A DNA stretch of 40,552 bases from a virus. Taxonomy: Duplodnaviria; Caudoviricetes. Where the stretch lies: positions 1-40,552 of the IMG/VR virus record IMGVR_UViG_3300021560_000029. The stretch is one strand, 5' to 3'. The notes below the pieces were generated by a model. The model did not search any database, was not told the DNA's origin, and saw nothing but the letters and a program-made list of their open reading frames with translations. The translations under genes and the position numbers were made by a program. This document shows, piece after piece, positions 9,715 through 18,580 of this stretch. Every line of letters begins with the position of its first letter. Positions within the stretch are counted from its first letter, which is position 1.

Positions 9715-10059
9715 TTAAAACTCGCCGTCGTCGTCTTCGACAATCACGGCGCCAGCGGGCGCGGCGGTTCGGGCAGCCTTGCGCCGGTCTTCTTCTTCGA
9801 ATACCTGCGCGAGCGTGAGCGGCGGCCCGCCGCTCGCTTCCGGCGCCGCCCGTATCAGGTCATAGCGCGAGTCATAGAGCGCATGGATGCGCCCCTCGTG
9901 ATTCCATGTGAGCGGCAGAGCCGAGCCGAACGAATCGGCGACGAACCCGAACCACATCCCGTCCTCGCGGAATGAAATCCGGGCGATTCCGCCGTCGCGT
10001 GTTTTGAAGTAGCCTTCGCGGACGTTCAGCGTCATTGGCCCCGCCATAAGATCGAACAT
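9715..10059 (-). CDS. Hypothetical phage protein
   Basis: Plausible small globular ORF (YFKTRDGGIARI..W..EG..YDL) in operon orientation. Confidence 0.55.
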   Translation of the reverse strand: MFDLMAGPMTLNVREGYFKTRDGGIARISFREDGMWFGFVADSFGSALPLTWNHEGRIHALYDSRYDLIRAAPEASGGPPLTLAQVFEEEDRRKAARTAAPAGAVIVEDDDGEF

Positions 10060-10061
10060 CG

Positions 10062-10664
10062 ATGCCGTTCAACCGCACATGCCGCCAATGCGGCCGGGAT
10101 TACAGCAGCCCTGGACGTACGATCCGGATTTACTTCTGCTCTGCGGCCTGCTGGAAGGCCAGCACAAAGCGTCAGTACCTGATTGACTCGGTGAAAGCGC
10201 ATGGCGATTCTGACGAGTGCCTACTTTGGCCGTTCTCCAAAACCAAGGAGGGCTATGGAAAAGTGGGAGTCGGCAGCGACGTTTTACTCGTTACACGCTT
10301 CGCTTATGAAACCTTTGTCGGCCCGGTCGGCGATAAATGGGTCCTGCACCGCTGCGATAATCCGGCCTGCTACAGCCCGCGCCATATGTTTCTGGGAACC
10401 CATGAGGACAACATGGCGGACATGACGAAAAAAGGTCGTCAGGCTAAGACAGGCAAGGCGCATGGAGAGACGCATCCGTGGAGCAAACTAACGCAGGAGC
10501 AGGTGGACGAAATCCGGCGTGTTTATGATCGCACCAAATACCATACTGGAGCCACGGACCTTGCGCGCCGCTTCGGCGTCCACCCGAGCACAATTCGGAG
10601 CATTGCGGCGGGCAGAACATGGAAAGAGATTACTGACCGGGCATGCGTGCGAGTACAGCTTTAA
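10062..10664 (+). CDS. HNH endonuclease with C-terminal HTH (antisense insertion)
   Basis: N-terminal CxxC...CSxxC, then DECLLWP..K..EGYG, VLHRCDNPAC..P.H.FLGTH.DN..DM..KGR and LARRFGVHPSTIRSI. Confidence 0.88.
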   Translation: MPFNRTCRQCGRDYSSPGRTIRIYFCSAACWKASTKRQYLIDSVKAHGDSDECLLWPFSKTKEGYGKVGVGSDVLLVTRFAYETFVGPVGDKWVLHRCDNPACYSPRHMFLGTHEDNMADMTKKGRQAKTGKAHGETHPWSKLTQEQVDEIRRVYDRTKYHTGATDLARRFGVHPSTIRSIAAGRTWKEITDRACVRVQL

Positions 10665-11007
10665 AAAAGCCGAAGTCTCTCCAGGGGAAAACCTGCAACA
10701 CTTTGTAGGGAATGCCGCCCCAGAGCAGGATGTCGGATACCTGGTTACTGTCTTCGTTCGTCTGGTAGATCCGGACGGCGGTGTTGAATTCGAGCATCCC
10801 GGCCACGCGGTCGCCTTCCGGAATCTGTTCGAGCGTTTCCGGTTCGGCCAGCGTCACCACGCCCACCACGGGAATATTCGTCACCGTGGTTTCATAGCCG
10901 CCCGCCACGAATGCGCCCTGCGAACGCTGAATCATGAGCGGCTTCCCGTCGCTCGACGTGATACAGAGGTCCGGGTCGTTCATCAATTCCGTTACGGTGA
11001 ATGCCAT
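10630..11007 (-). CDS. Head closure / head-tail joining protein
   Basis: 125 aa. ELMNDPDL, LEQIPEGDRV.G, SDILLWGG..YKV..V.PW.DFGF.KA. Neck-module position. Confidence 0.7.
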   Translation of the reverse strand: MAFTVTELMNDPDLCITSSDGKPLMIQRSQGAFVAGGYETTVTNIPVVGVVTLAEPETLEQIPEGDRVAGMLEFNTAVRIYQTNEDSNQVSDILLWGGIPYKVLQVFPWRDFGFFKAVLARMPGQ

Positions 11008-11017
11008 ATACGCCCTT

Positions 11018-11710
11018 TCAAAGAAGAACGATCAGTTCGGCGGCTTCGGCGGCTTCGCCCGCAGCGGTGTCGGCGACCTCGGCCGCTTCGGCGGTAGCTT
11101 CCGCCGTCTCATTGCCCTGCTGCATTTCCTCGTTCTGCTGCTGGCGGGTTTCCGGACGCTCGCTGCGCTCCCTGTCGCGCCGTGCTTCCGGATCGCACCG
11201 CGCCATATCCGGCGGCGTCTCCACAACCCATGTGATCGCGCGCCTCAGCTGGCCGGTGTCGATCAGCGGGGCGTTGGACCCTTTGCGCGCGATGGTGGAC
11301 GGCGCGTTCGGCGCGAGCGGCGGCGACTGGCCGATGAGCCGTTTGGCGGCATTCGCGGCGACCATCCCGGCGCGGTCGAGATGGCGCGTCACATCTTCGA
11401 CGTTTCGCGCGAGGCCGGTTTCGTAGTCGATCATCGCCTTGGCAGCCGCCTCGAATTCCTTCTGGATCATCGGCTGAACGCTGGCGATTGCGGGACCGAG
11501 CACCGGCCGCGCCGGAATATTGCGGAGGTCCGAACCGTGCTCGTGGATATACATGAGCGACGCATTGTTCATCACGTCGCCGCCCCGCATGGCCTTCTCG
11601 GCGGGGATGCCGACCATTACTTTGCAGCGGCGCATCCTGTCCAGCGCGGCGGTAACGCGCTGCTCAGAATTGCCGCGACGGACTACGGTGACCGGCTGTC
11701 TGGTGGCCAT
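11018..11710 (-). CDS. Neck/tail-completion morphogenesis protein
   Basis: V.VGIP, IHEHGS...IPARP.L and PLAPNAPSTIARKGSNAPLIDTGQLRRAITWVV motifs. Confidence 0.78.
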   Translation of the reverse strand: MATRQPVTVVRRGNSEQRVTAALDRMRRCKVMVGIPAEKAMRGGDVMNNASLMYIHEHGSDLRNIPARPVLGPAIASVQPMIQKEFEAAAKAMIDYETGLARNVEDVTRHLDRAGMVAANAAKRLIGQSPPLAPNAPSTIARKGSNAPLIDTGQLRRAITWVVETPPDMARCDPEARRDRERSERPETRQQQNEEMQQGNETAEATAEAAEVADTAAGEAAEAAELIVLL

Positions 11711-11715
11711 AAAGA

Positions 11716-12498
11716 TCAGAACGCCAGCATTGGTCCGGCGCCGTAGCTGCGGGCCATCGTGGCGAGTTGCGATCCATAGGCGGTCTCATTCCAGGACCCC
11801 CAATCTTCCAGGCCGCCCATTACGGGCTGATAGCTGATGGATGCCCCGCCGACCGACTTGGACACCGCAATGCCGCGCGCGAGGCCTGCGGTGGCCGCCT
11901 GCCCCGGCGTCGAGTACACGTCGCCATCCGAGCGGAGATAGAGCGTGCAGTAATGCGCGATGAAAAGCGACATCGCGATGTACCACGCTTCGCACCACCG
12001 CATGGACTGGAGCGATACGCTCGCGAGGTAAACGTACATGTTGAGCACGTGCATGGGCACAAAGGGCTGCGTGTAGACCGCGAGCGACGTCCCGTCCTCA
12101 ATGGCGTTCTGATTGACCGTGAACTGCATCTGGCCGTCCACGGTTTTGACCGCCGCGCCCTGCCCGAACAGGCCGGGCGTCGTGCCCCATATGCCGGTGA
12201 GCGGGTCCGGGTCCGGCACGGCCGAGGCGATGTACGCTCCCGCGATAATGCCCTGCGACGATCCCTGCACCACCGGGCTGCCGGTGGTGATGACGGCGTT
12301 GTTCACCGTGACCGGCGCGCCGCCGAACTTGGGATACATCGCCAGAAAATCGTTCACCGAGTAGGGCGGGTTCGGCCCGACCACGACATTGGTGGCCGCG
12401 AATACCCACGGACCAACGCTGTCAACGGGCCAGCCCCACGCCTCGTTAATGAACTGGTTTAAGTCCGGAAAGTAACCATATCCGCCGTAAAGTGGCAT
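11716..12498 (-). CDS. Head-tail adaptor (DUF4054-like) with inserted beta-domain
   Basis: F.AMYPKF..., W..AMSLFIAHYCTL, SKSVGGASISY and W..T.YG.Q...ARSYGAG. Confidence 0.8.
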   Translation of the reverse strand: MPLYGGYGYFPDLNQFINEAWGWPVDSVGPWVFAATNVVVGPNPPYSVNDFLAMYPKFGGAPVTVNNAVITTGSPVVQGSSQGIIAGAYIASAVPDPDPLTGIWGTTPGLFGQGAAVKTVDGQMQFTVNQNAIEDGTSLAVYTQPFVPMHVLNMYVYLASVSLQSMRWCEAWYIAMSLFIAHYCTLYLRSDGDVYSTPGQAATAGLARGIAVSKSVGGASISYQPVMGGLEDWGSWNETAYGSQLATMARSYGAGPMLAF

Positions 12499-12510
12499 AG
12501 GAGCGGCGCG

Positions 12511-13056
12511 TCACCTGCGCTTGCCGCCGCCTTTGTGCAACAGGGGCGGTTCCGGCTCGGGCCGGTGGTGATGTTCCGCCGGGACATCGACGGTTTCCGC
12601 CTGCAAGCCGGACCTGTCCGGCTCCGCCTCTTTCGGCGGTTGCGGGGTGATGAGAACGGGAATCTTGCTGCCGATGGCCGAGATCGCTTCCTCTTCGGTA
12701 AGGCCGACCGCCATCAGGCTTTCCACTGTCGGCCCCGGCGGCGTGACCGAATTCGACCGGATCAGAGCGGCGCGCTTTACGAGGACCGCTTCCGCCTGCT
12801 GGCGCGACAGCCCGGCGGCGATCAATCCGTCGAGCGTTGGCGTAAGCGACGGCGGCGCGACCGACGCCACCGGCTCGTCCGGCAGCCGGAAGGCGAGGCC
12901 TGATTTCTCGGCTTCCAGATACGTCCGGCATTCGCCCACCCAATCGGGCAGGGTCTGCGCGCTCGTACTGGCCGCGATGGTGATTTCGGAGCGGCCGTCG
13001 AAGCCTACCTGACCGGGGTGGTGAAACGTAAGCGCGCGCTTCGCAAAAAGTCTCAT
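12511..13056 (-). CDS. Hypothetical virion-associated protein after the major capsid gene
   Basis: ORF in operon orientation with two PT(L/V)..L.A.GL(S/T)...A repeats. Confidence 0.6.
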   Translation of the reverse strand: MRLFAKRALTFHHPGQVGFDGRSEITIAASTSAQTLPDWVGECRTYLEAEKSGLAFRLPDEPVASVAPPSLTPTLDGLIAAGLSRQQAEAVLVKRAALIRSNSVTPPGPTVESLMAVGLTEEEAISAIGSKIPVLITPQPPKEAEPDRSGLQAETVDVPAEHHHRPEPEPPLLHKGGGKRR

Positions 13057-13057
13057 T

Positions 13058-13526
13058 TTGTGTATTAAGCTCCTTGTGTTTCTGGTGATGTTGATCGATT
13101 ACTTGATGAAGGCCGTGAGGGATCACGGCGATTCTGATGAGTGCCTGCTATGGCCGTACGCAAAGCACGGCCGGGGATACGGCGCCGTTGGAGTCGGTGG
13201 CAAGGTGCGACTCGCGCACCACGTCTCCTATGAAACCCTTTGTCGGTCCCATTGGCGATAACTTCGTTCTCCACCGCTGCGACGTTCGGGCGTGCTACAA
13301 CCCGCGCCATTTATTTCTTGGAACGCAGGCCGACAACATGACCGACATGGCGAAGAAGGGGCGCGGCGGAAAATCTTTAACCAGAGAACAGGTCGGGGAA
13401 ATCCGCCGCGTTTACAATCCGACGAAATACCACTCCGGGACCGCCGCACTTGCACGGCGGTTCGGGGTGGGGCGGAACACCATCAAGCGTGTTGCGCGCG
13501 GCATTACCTGGCGTATTGACGACTAA
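13058..13526 (+). pseudogene. Frameshifted HNH endonuclease (paralog of 10062..10664)
   Basis: Split over two frames. TATGAAACCCTTTGTCGG here versus TATGAAACCTTTGTCGG in the intact paralog, i.e. an extra C at ~13236-13238. The halves encode DECLLWP..GYG and VLHRCD..CYNPRHLFLGT. Confidence 0.75.
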
Positions 13527-14587
13527 ATGCCATCGAGGTACGTCATGGTCGTGTTCCTTTTGAAAAGAACGTGGCCAATGCAGCCGCGATAGAGGGTCTG
13601 GTATGCGCCGCCGTCCTTGGTTGTCGGGACGGTCATGCCCTTCTGCTTGCGTGTGGGAACGCGGAACATCAGGGACTCTTCGGCGTTGCGGTACAGAATG
13701 CCGCGATCCGAGCCGCCGAGGCCCTGCCCCGCGATCCAGACGTTGGGCAGCGGGAAGATGTTGAGGTCAACGCCGTAGGCGGCCGCCACGCAATTCTTCT
13801 TGATGTATTCGATTGCGCTTTGGTAGCCCACGCCGCCGATGACCATCGGATTCGAGAGCAGCGCGAACTGAGCGAACGGGAGCAGCAGGCTGTCCCCGCA
13901 TCCTTCGTTCATCGCATAGCCCGAATTGATGACCGTGCGGTTCACGGCCGCGTTGATGTCGTTGAGCCACTGCACCGGGGTCTTGTTGGCCCATGCGGTG
14001 CCGGTGCCCGCGTCGACCACGTAGGTCGCATCGACATCGGGGTTGTTGCAGAGGCCGAAGCCGCCGAGCCAGCCCTTATAGACCACGTAATCGCACGCCT
14101 TGGCGAAGGTGACTTCGATTGACGCGTCGTACAGGTCCTGTAGGGAGAAGGGCGCGCCCTGCCCGGTCCGTTCGGCGAATTCCAGCCGTTCGAGATCGAG
14201 CCATGTGACGGTCATGCCCTGCGCCCACAGGTACGTGGGCCAGGTCCCTTTTTGCACATCGACCTGCGCTTCGGGGATGTCGGTATTGTTCGTACCTTGC
14301 AGCCCGAAGAACTGCGTCGCCGTCGATGCGAGGTTAGACGCATACGCGCTCAGGACTTCGGGGAAGCCGCCGCCGGTCTTCACCGTGATATCCCTTGCAT
14401 GCGTCGTCGCCTGAAGCGGTTTGACGAGGTTTGGCTCGATCATTTCGAGCTGGCCGTTGAGGTATGCGAGGCCCTGCGAGCCTGCGGCATCGAAGGCTCG
14501 CGACATCGGCTGCCGTCGCGAATGCGCGCGATAGCTGGACCATGCATCTCCCTGGCGTCGCGCGGTAGCTAGACTTGTGCTTCTCAT
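13523..14587 (-). CDS. Major capsid protein (DUF2184 family)
   Basis: 354 aa. AFD|AA..G.AYL.GQLE.IEP, GL.N.P.V, W..KTP..W..DIN, Y.SAIEYIKKN, C-terminal M.YLDGI. Follows protease and cement genes. Confidence 0.88.
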   Translation of the reverse strand: MRSTSLATARRQGDAWSSYRAHSRRQPMSRAFDAAGSQGLAYLNGQLEMIEPNLVKPLQATTHARDITVKTGGGFPEVLSAYASNLASTATQFFGLQGTNNTDIPEAQVDVQKGTWPTYLWAQGMTVTWLDLERLEFAERTGQGAPFSLQDLYDASIEVTFAKACDYVVYKGWLGGFGLCNNPDVDATYVVDAGTGTAWANKTPVQWLNDINAAVNRTVINSGYAMNEGCGDSLLLPFAQFALLSNPMVIGGVGYQSAIEYIKKNCVAAAYGVDLNIFPLPNVWIAGQGLGGSDRGILYRNAEESLMFRVPTRKQKGMTVPTTKDGGAYQTLYRGCIGHVLFKRNTTMTYLDGI

Positions 14588-14614
14588 TTCTGGGTTCTCC
14601 TTTCTTTCCGCGCG

Positions 14615-15433
14615 TTACGCCGCGTGGCGCGACTTGATGGTGATTTCGGCCATGCCGTTCGCGTCGACACCGCCGATGCGGAACACAATCCACGGGTCGT
14701 TGGTCGCGCCGAGGATGACGGAATTGGTGCCGTCCGCTGCGGCCTCGAAGCCGCCGATGAACGTGCCGGGCAACGCCGCGTTGGCGGCGGTGCGGATGTA
14801 GACCGGGCCGCCCGCGAGAGGCGAGCCGTTCATGCAGGGCACGGTGATCGAGCCGCGTTCGAGCGCCTCGCACATCTGCCCCGGCGCATAGGTGCCGACT
14901 GCGGGAGAGTTGACGGAGGTGAAGGTAACGGCTCCGCCGCTCGGGATTCCCTGACCGACGAGGTTCTTCGAGATCGTGACGTTGAGCGCCGCGATGGAAA
15001 GGATGGAGGAACCGGACTGAACGCCGATGCCTTCCACGGTCTGGCCGATGGCGAGGCCAGCCGCGCTCGTCACCGCGAGCACGTTGGTCCCGGCGGCCGC
15101 CGCAGCGGTCGTGGTTGTGGCCACCGTGCTCGTGTTGCCGACCTGACTGTACGCGGTGTAGAGATTCGACTGCTTCACTTCGCGCATCGCCACGCCCGCG
15201 AAATCAGCGGGCAGGGTCGCGGCGTTGGCAGGTGTTGCGAGGTAGTCCGCAAGCGAGCGGAAGAATCCGGTCGTGGAATTGCGAACGACGATCACGCCAT
15301 CGCCGAAATTGATCGGGATGCCGGAAGGAGCGACCTGTTTCGCCGAGACGACTCTTTCACCGACGCGGCTTACATTGCCCGGAAATCCGTAGTTCGGGCC
15401 GAGGGGCGGAATGACTTGTCCAAATGTGTTCAT
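14615..15433 (-). CDS. Head decoration/cement protein with inserted beta-domain
   Basis: GFPG.VSR, I.FG.GV, FAGVA.REVK, L.RGSITV.C..G.P..GG.VY.R and G..DANG.AEI. Lies between protease and capsid genes. Confidence 0.78.
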   Translation of the reverse strand: MNTFGQVIPPLGPNYGFPGNVSRVGERVVSAKQVAPSGIPINFGDGVIVVRNSTTGFFRSLADYLATPANAATLPADFAGVAMREVKQSNLYTAYSQVGNTSTVATTTTAAAAAGTNVLAVTSAAGLAIGQTVEGIGVQSGSSILSIAALNVTISKNLVGQGIPSGGAVTFTSVNSPAVGTYAPGQMCEALERGSITVPCMNGSPLAGGPVYIRTAANAALPGTFIGGFEAAADGTNSVILGATNDPWIVFRIGGVDANGMAEITIKSRHAA

Positions 15434-15469
15434 AGTTTTTTTCCTCGTGAAAACGCGGTGTCAGAGCGC

Positions 15470-17179
15470 TTACGCGACGTTGACCTCCTTGGGGTTTTTG
15501 CCGCGATAGCGGGCGTAGATCGCATCGACCTCCTGCGGGGTCGTGAATCCGCGCGCGCCCCGGTGCAGGGATTCGCGGATGTTGTTCTCGTCCCGCGCGG
15601 CAGCGGACCGGGCGAAGTTCCCGTAGCTGCCCGTGGACGGGCGTGAGGTGCGGGTGATGCGGCGAATCTGCGCGTTGAATGCGTCGATGGCCCGCTGGTC
15701 CCCGCTGCGCCGGATGGCCCGCCGCATCATGTTCAGATCGCGGAGCGAATCGGCGGCGCGCGCCGGTTCTTCTTCCTCTTCCTCGTCGCCGATCTCGGAA
15801 TCGTCGGCTTCGATCAGTTCGCTGGAATCGCCGTTGCGGCGGTCCTGCGCGCCTGCTTCGAGAAGTTCGGGCGGAACTCCTTCATCGCCCTGATGCTCCG
15901 GTTCCGTTTGTTCTTCGTCGTAATACTGGCCGAGCAGGTCCTGAAGCTCTGCGAGGTCGGTATCGGACGCACGCCGGTCGCGGACGAGTTCCGGTTCCGG
16001 CTCCGGTTCGGGTTCCGCATCGCGCGTCCCCCGGTCCATGCACTCGTCGATGATGCAGTCGAGCGTGTCGTGCAGGCGCGCCCGGCGGTCATTCGCCGCC
16101 TGGTCGGCGACGGGCCGGTCGCCAACGCGGCGATCACCTGCGCGGCGGTCGCCCGTGCGGCGGTCGCCCGTGCGGCGGTCTGCGGCGCGTCGGTCGTCGG
16201 CGCGATCATCGGAACGGCGATCATCGGCGCGTTCTTCTTCTTCCTCTTTCGGAGGAAACTCGTCGCGGCCACGGCGGTCGGCCGCCTTCCTGTCTCTGGC
16301 CCTGCGGTCTGTGCCTTTTTCTGAAAAGCCGGGACTGACATCGTCCTGCTCTCCGGTATCTTTTGCGAGTTGGTCTTTGGCGTACTCTTCCGCCACCTTC
16401 GCAACGTCTTCGGGGTCGGCGTCCTTCGCGTAGATTTTGAAGCCCTCGCCGAAGATGCGCGTAAGCAATGTCTTCGCTGCCACTTTTTTCTCCTTGCTGT
16501 GGATTGGTTTGGGTGATGTTGCCGGGATTGCGGCCCGCGTGATGGTCGGTTCAGGGGAAAGTGGCTCAGCCCTGTCCTGCCGGACTACGGGCTGCTCAGC
16601 AACGTCCGCTGAATCGTTAATGCGGGCCTCGGCTCCTGCTCGGCCCTTCGGAACTACCGCGACGTGGTTGCCCACCATCGCGACCTGCAAAATCTTTTCG
16701 CCGTCGCGCGCGATGTTGAAGTCGTATCCGCAACTCAACTCGCGCTTGACGCCGTCCTCAACGCTCGATATGAGCGGCTCGGTGGTGATGACGAGGTCCC
16801 CGATGAGCGGCCATTCGCCGGACTCAAGCGGCTCCCATCCCTTCCGGATGTTCTGGATATGCCCGCAGGCAAGCTCGCGGTAATTGTCCGGGTTGACGAA
16901 TTCGCGGCCCGCCGGGTGATCGTCCACCACCGGCTTGCCCTCGTAGCTCGCCATCGTCTTCGGGTCGAAGACTTCGCTGGCCGGGCGATAGAGGTCGATG
17001 TCGGCGTCGGGATTCGACGTGTCGATACCGAGGTCTTCCGCGACCTGCTGATTCAGGTCCCGGACTTTGTAGGTCTGAAACCCCGTGCGCGCGATCACGC
17101 AGTCTTTGGCCACGAGGAAACCCTCTGGCGTGCGCCCGAGGTTGGGCGAAATGGTGGTGACGAAGTAGCCCTTTGCCAT
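15470..17179 (-). CDS. Prohead protease/scaffold fusion (DUF2213 family)
   Basis: TPEGFLV..C.IARTG.Q.Y, LYRP..EVF...MASYEGKPV.D.HP, G.RELSCGY and GNHVAVV.KGRAG...RI.D, followed by a long charged scaffold-like C-terminus. Confidence 0.9.
   Translation of the reverse strand: MAKGYFVTTISPNLGRTPEGFLVAKDCVIARTGFQTYKVRDLNQQVAEDLGIDTSNPDADIDLYRPASEVFDPKTMASYEGKPVVDDHPAGREFVNPDNYRELACGHIQNIRKGWEPLESGEWPLIGDLVITTEPLISSVEDGVKRELSCGYDFNIARDGEKILQVAMVGNHVAVVPKGRAGAEARINDSADVAEQPVVRQDRAEPLSPEPTITRAAIPATSPKPIHSKEKKVAAKTLLTRIFGEGFKIYAKDADPEDVAKVAEEYAKDQLAKDTGEQDDVSPGFSEKGTDRRARDRKAADRRGRDEFPPKEEEEERADDRRSDDRADDRRAADRRTGDRRTGDRRAGDRRVGDRPVADQAANDRRARLHDTLDCIIDECMDRGTRDAEPEPEPEPELVRDRRASDTDLAELQDLLGQYYDEEQTEPEHQGDEGVPPELLEAGAQDRRNGDSSELIEADDSEIGDEEEEEEPARAADSLRDLNMMRRAIRRSGDQRAIDAFNAQIRRITRTSRPSTGSYGNFARSAAARDENNIRESLHRGARGFTTPQEVDAIYARYRGKNPKEVNVA
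16085..16310 (-). repeat. Degenerate 15-bp tandem repeats encoding D-R-R-x-x pentapeptides in the scaffold region
   Basis: Protein reads ADDRRSDDRADDRRAADRRTGDRRTGDRRAGDRRVGDR. DNA has e.g. GCGGCGGTCGCCCGT twice. Confidence 0.8.
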
Positions 17180-17182
17180 CGC

Positions 17183-17701
17183 TCACGACCCCACGGCGAC
17201 GTTCATCACGGCGGGCGCGGACAGGCCGAATGAGGGCGCTCCGCCATCGCCCGTGAAGGCGAGCCAGGTATTGGTTCCGATGCCGATAAAGAGCGGCGTG
17301 CCCGGAATGACCGCGACTCCTGAATTCGGGCTGATCGGATTGAAGAACGTGATGGGCGTGGCGTTCAGCGCGGCGACAGTCGGCTGCGAGATCGTGACAG
17401 CCGTTCCGTTGACCGCCGTCACGGACGTTCCCGGCGGAATCCCGGCGGCATTCATGAACTGCCCGACAGCGAGCCCGGTGGCGGAAGCGACGTTGATGGT
17501 GGTCGAGCCCGGCGTCGCCTGCGTCGCCGTAGTCGTGAGGACCGGCGTCACGGGCAGGACTGATCCGGGCGTGCCGTAGCTCTGGATCATCGCTGTGGTT
17601 TCGCCGCCCTTGAGCGGCAGCAGAACGGCCTGCGGATAGGCCTGACCCGCGATGCGGATCGCGCCGGTCGGAGTGAAAACGGGTGCGGGTGTTGCGGCCA
17701 T
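17183..17701 (-). CDS. Probable virion decoration protein
   Basis: Thr/Gly/Pro-rich beta protein containing GSTTINVASATGLAVGQ..AGIPPGTSVTAVNGTAVTISQ, similar to the insert in the cement gene. Confidence 0.6.
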   Translation of the reverse strand: MAATPAPVFTPTGAIRIAGQAYPQAVLLPLKGGETTAMIQSYGTPGSVLPVTPVLTTTATQATPGSTTINVASATGLAVGQFMNAAGIPPGTSVTAVNGTAVTISQPTVAALNATPITFFNPISPNSGVAVIPGTPLFIGIGTNTWLAFTGDGGAPSFGLSAPAVMNVAVGS

Positions 17702-17736
17702 AGACGTGGATTTCCTCGGGCCTGTGGAAGGCAGGC

Positions 17737-17861
17737 GGGTGCTATGGGTGATGAGGGGTGATGGAGGGGATGCGAGGCTATGCAGACACTTGCGGGAAAA
17801 TCCGCAAATCTTTGCAGGCCTTCAGGGGATGGGGGTGATGGGGGTGATGGGGGTGATGGGG
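17737..17861 (+). repeat. G-rich GGGGGTGAT tandem repeats in an intergenic region
   Basis: ggggatgggggtgatgggggtgatgggggtgatgggg at 17825-17861 and a looser copy at 17737-17769. Confidence 0.8.
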
Positions 17862-17901
17862 TAAGCTGGAGCCGTCAGCGTTCACTGACGGGAGAGCGAA
17901 T

Positions 17902-18138
17902 TTGAATCTTTTACAGCAGCCGTTTTTTCAGGTCACATTGCCGTTGATGACCACCTTTGTCGCCGCAATCTGGGCTGCGCAGTGGTCGCAGAACAAGCGG
18001 TTTGAGGATTTAAAGTCCGACCTGAACCGCCGTCTTGATGAAATCGTGAAACGCCTCGAACGGATCGAACAGAAGCTGGATGGTCACGAACAGCGCATCA
18101 CGCGCCTCGAAGAACGCACCAGCCTGCTGCATCGCTGA
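17902..18138 (+). CDS. Small membrane-anchored coiled-coil protein (moron)
   Basis: Hydrophobic N-terminal helix followed by a heptad-like RFEDLKSDLNRRLDEI..RLERIE..LEERT. TTG start with GGAG upstream. Confidence 0.7.
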   Translation: MNLLQQPFFQVTLPLMTTFVAAIWAAQWSQNKRFEDLKSDLNRRLDEIVKRLERIEQKLDGHEQRITRLEERTSLLHR

Positions 18139-18229
18139 CCTCCACACTCCGCGCTATTCTCCGCGCGGCGGAGCGTCCCGGCTGAACACCGGGGCCGGGA
18201 TACGAAACTCCCGGATCAACCTTTTGAAA

Positions 18230-18580
18230 ATGACAAAAACCGCATTCCCGGACGAAGACCTTTTCCTCATGAGCAATCTGTCGCCAAAGAAGACCGGCCT
18301 GCCGTTTGTGGTCTGGATTTCGCCCAAAGGCGGCGCCAAACACGATATCCGGGTGAAGATTTCGCGCGGCCCCAATGCGACTCCGTCCGAAATGCGAACG
18401 GTCGCGCTCCGGCCGGACCTTCATGTGATCGGTAAGGGCGACCTCGCCCCCCGCGAACGGGACCTTCTGCGCGAATGGGTGAAGCTGAACTTCGACGCGC
18501 TGCTGGCCTTTTGGGAAGGCGGCATCGAATACACCGAAGACGTTCTCGATATCCTGCGGCCGGTGCCCGCGAAACCCTAA
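18230..18580 (+). CDS. Hypothetical accessory protein
   Basis: Likely start at ATG 18230. LFLMSNLSPKKTGLPFVVWIS..KHDIRVKIS..REWVKLNFDALLAFW looks like a real conserved small protein. Confidence 0.65.
   Translation: MTKTAFPDEDLFLMSNLSPKKTGLPFVVWISPKGGAKHDIRVKISRGPNATPSEMRTVALRPDLHVIGKGDLAPRERDLLREWVKLNFDALLAFWEGGIEYTEDVLDILRPVPAKP

Noticed and set aside
14624-15646. 340-aa + strand ORF and similar long antisense ORFs (2147..2956, 10934..11746, 11767..12462, 21922..22605)
   Set aside because: Shadows of real GC-rich minus-strand genes.
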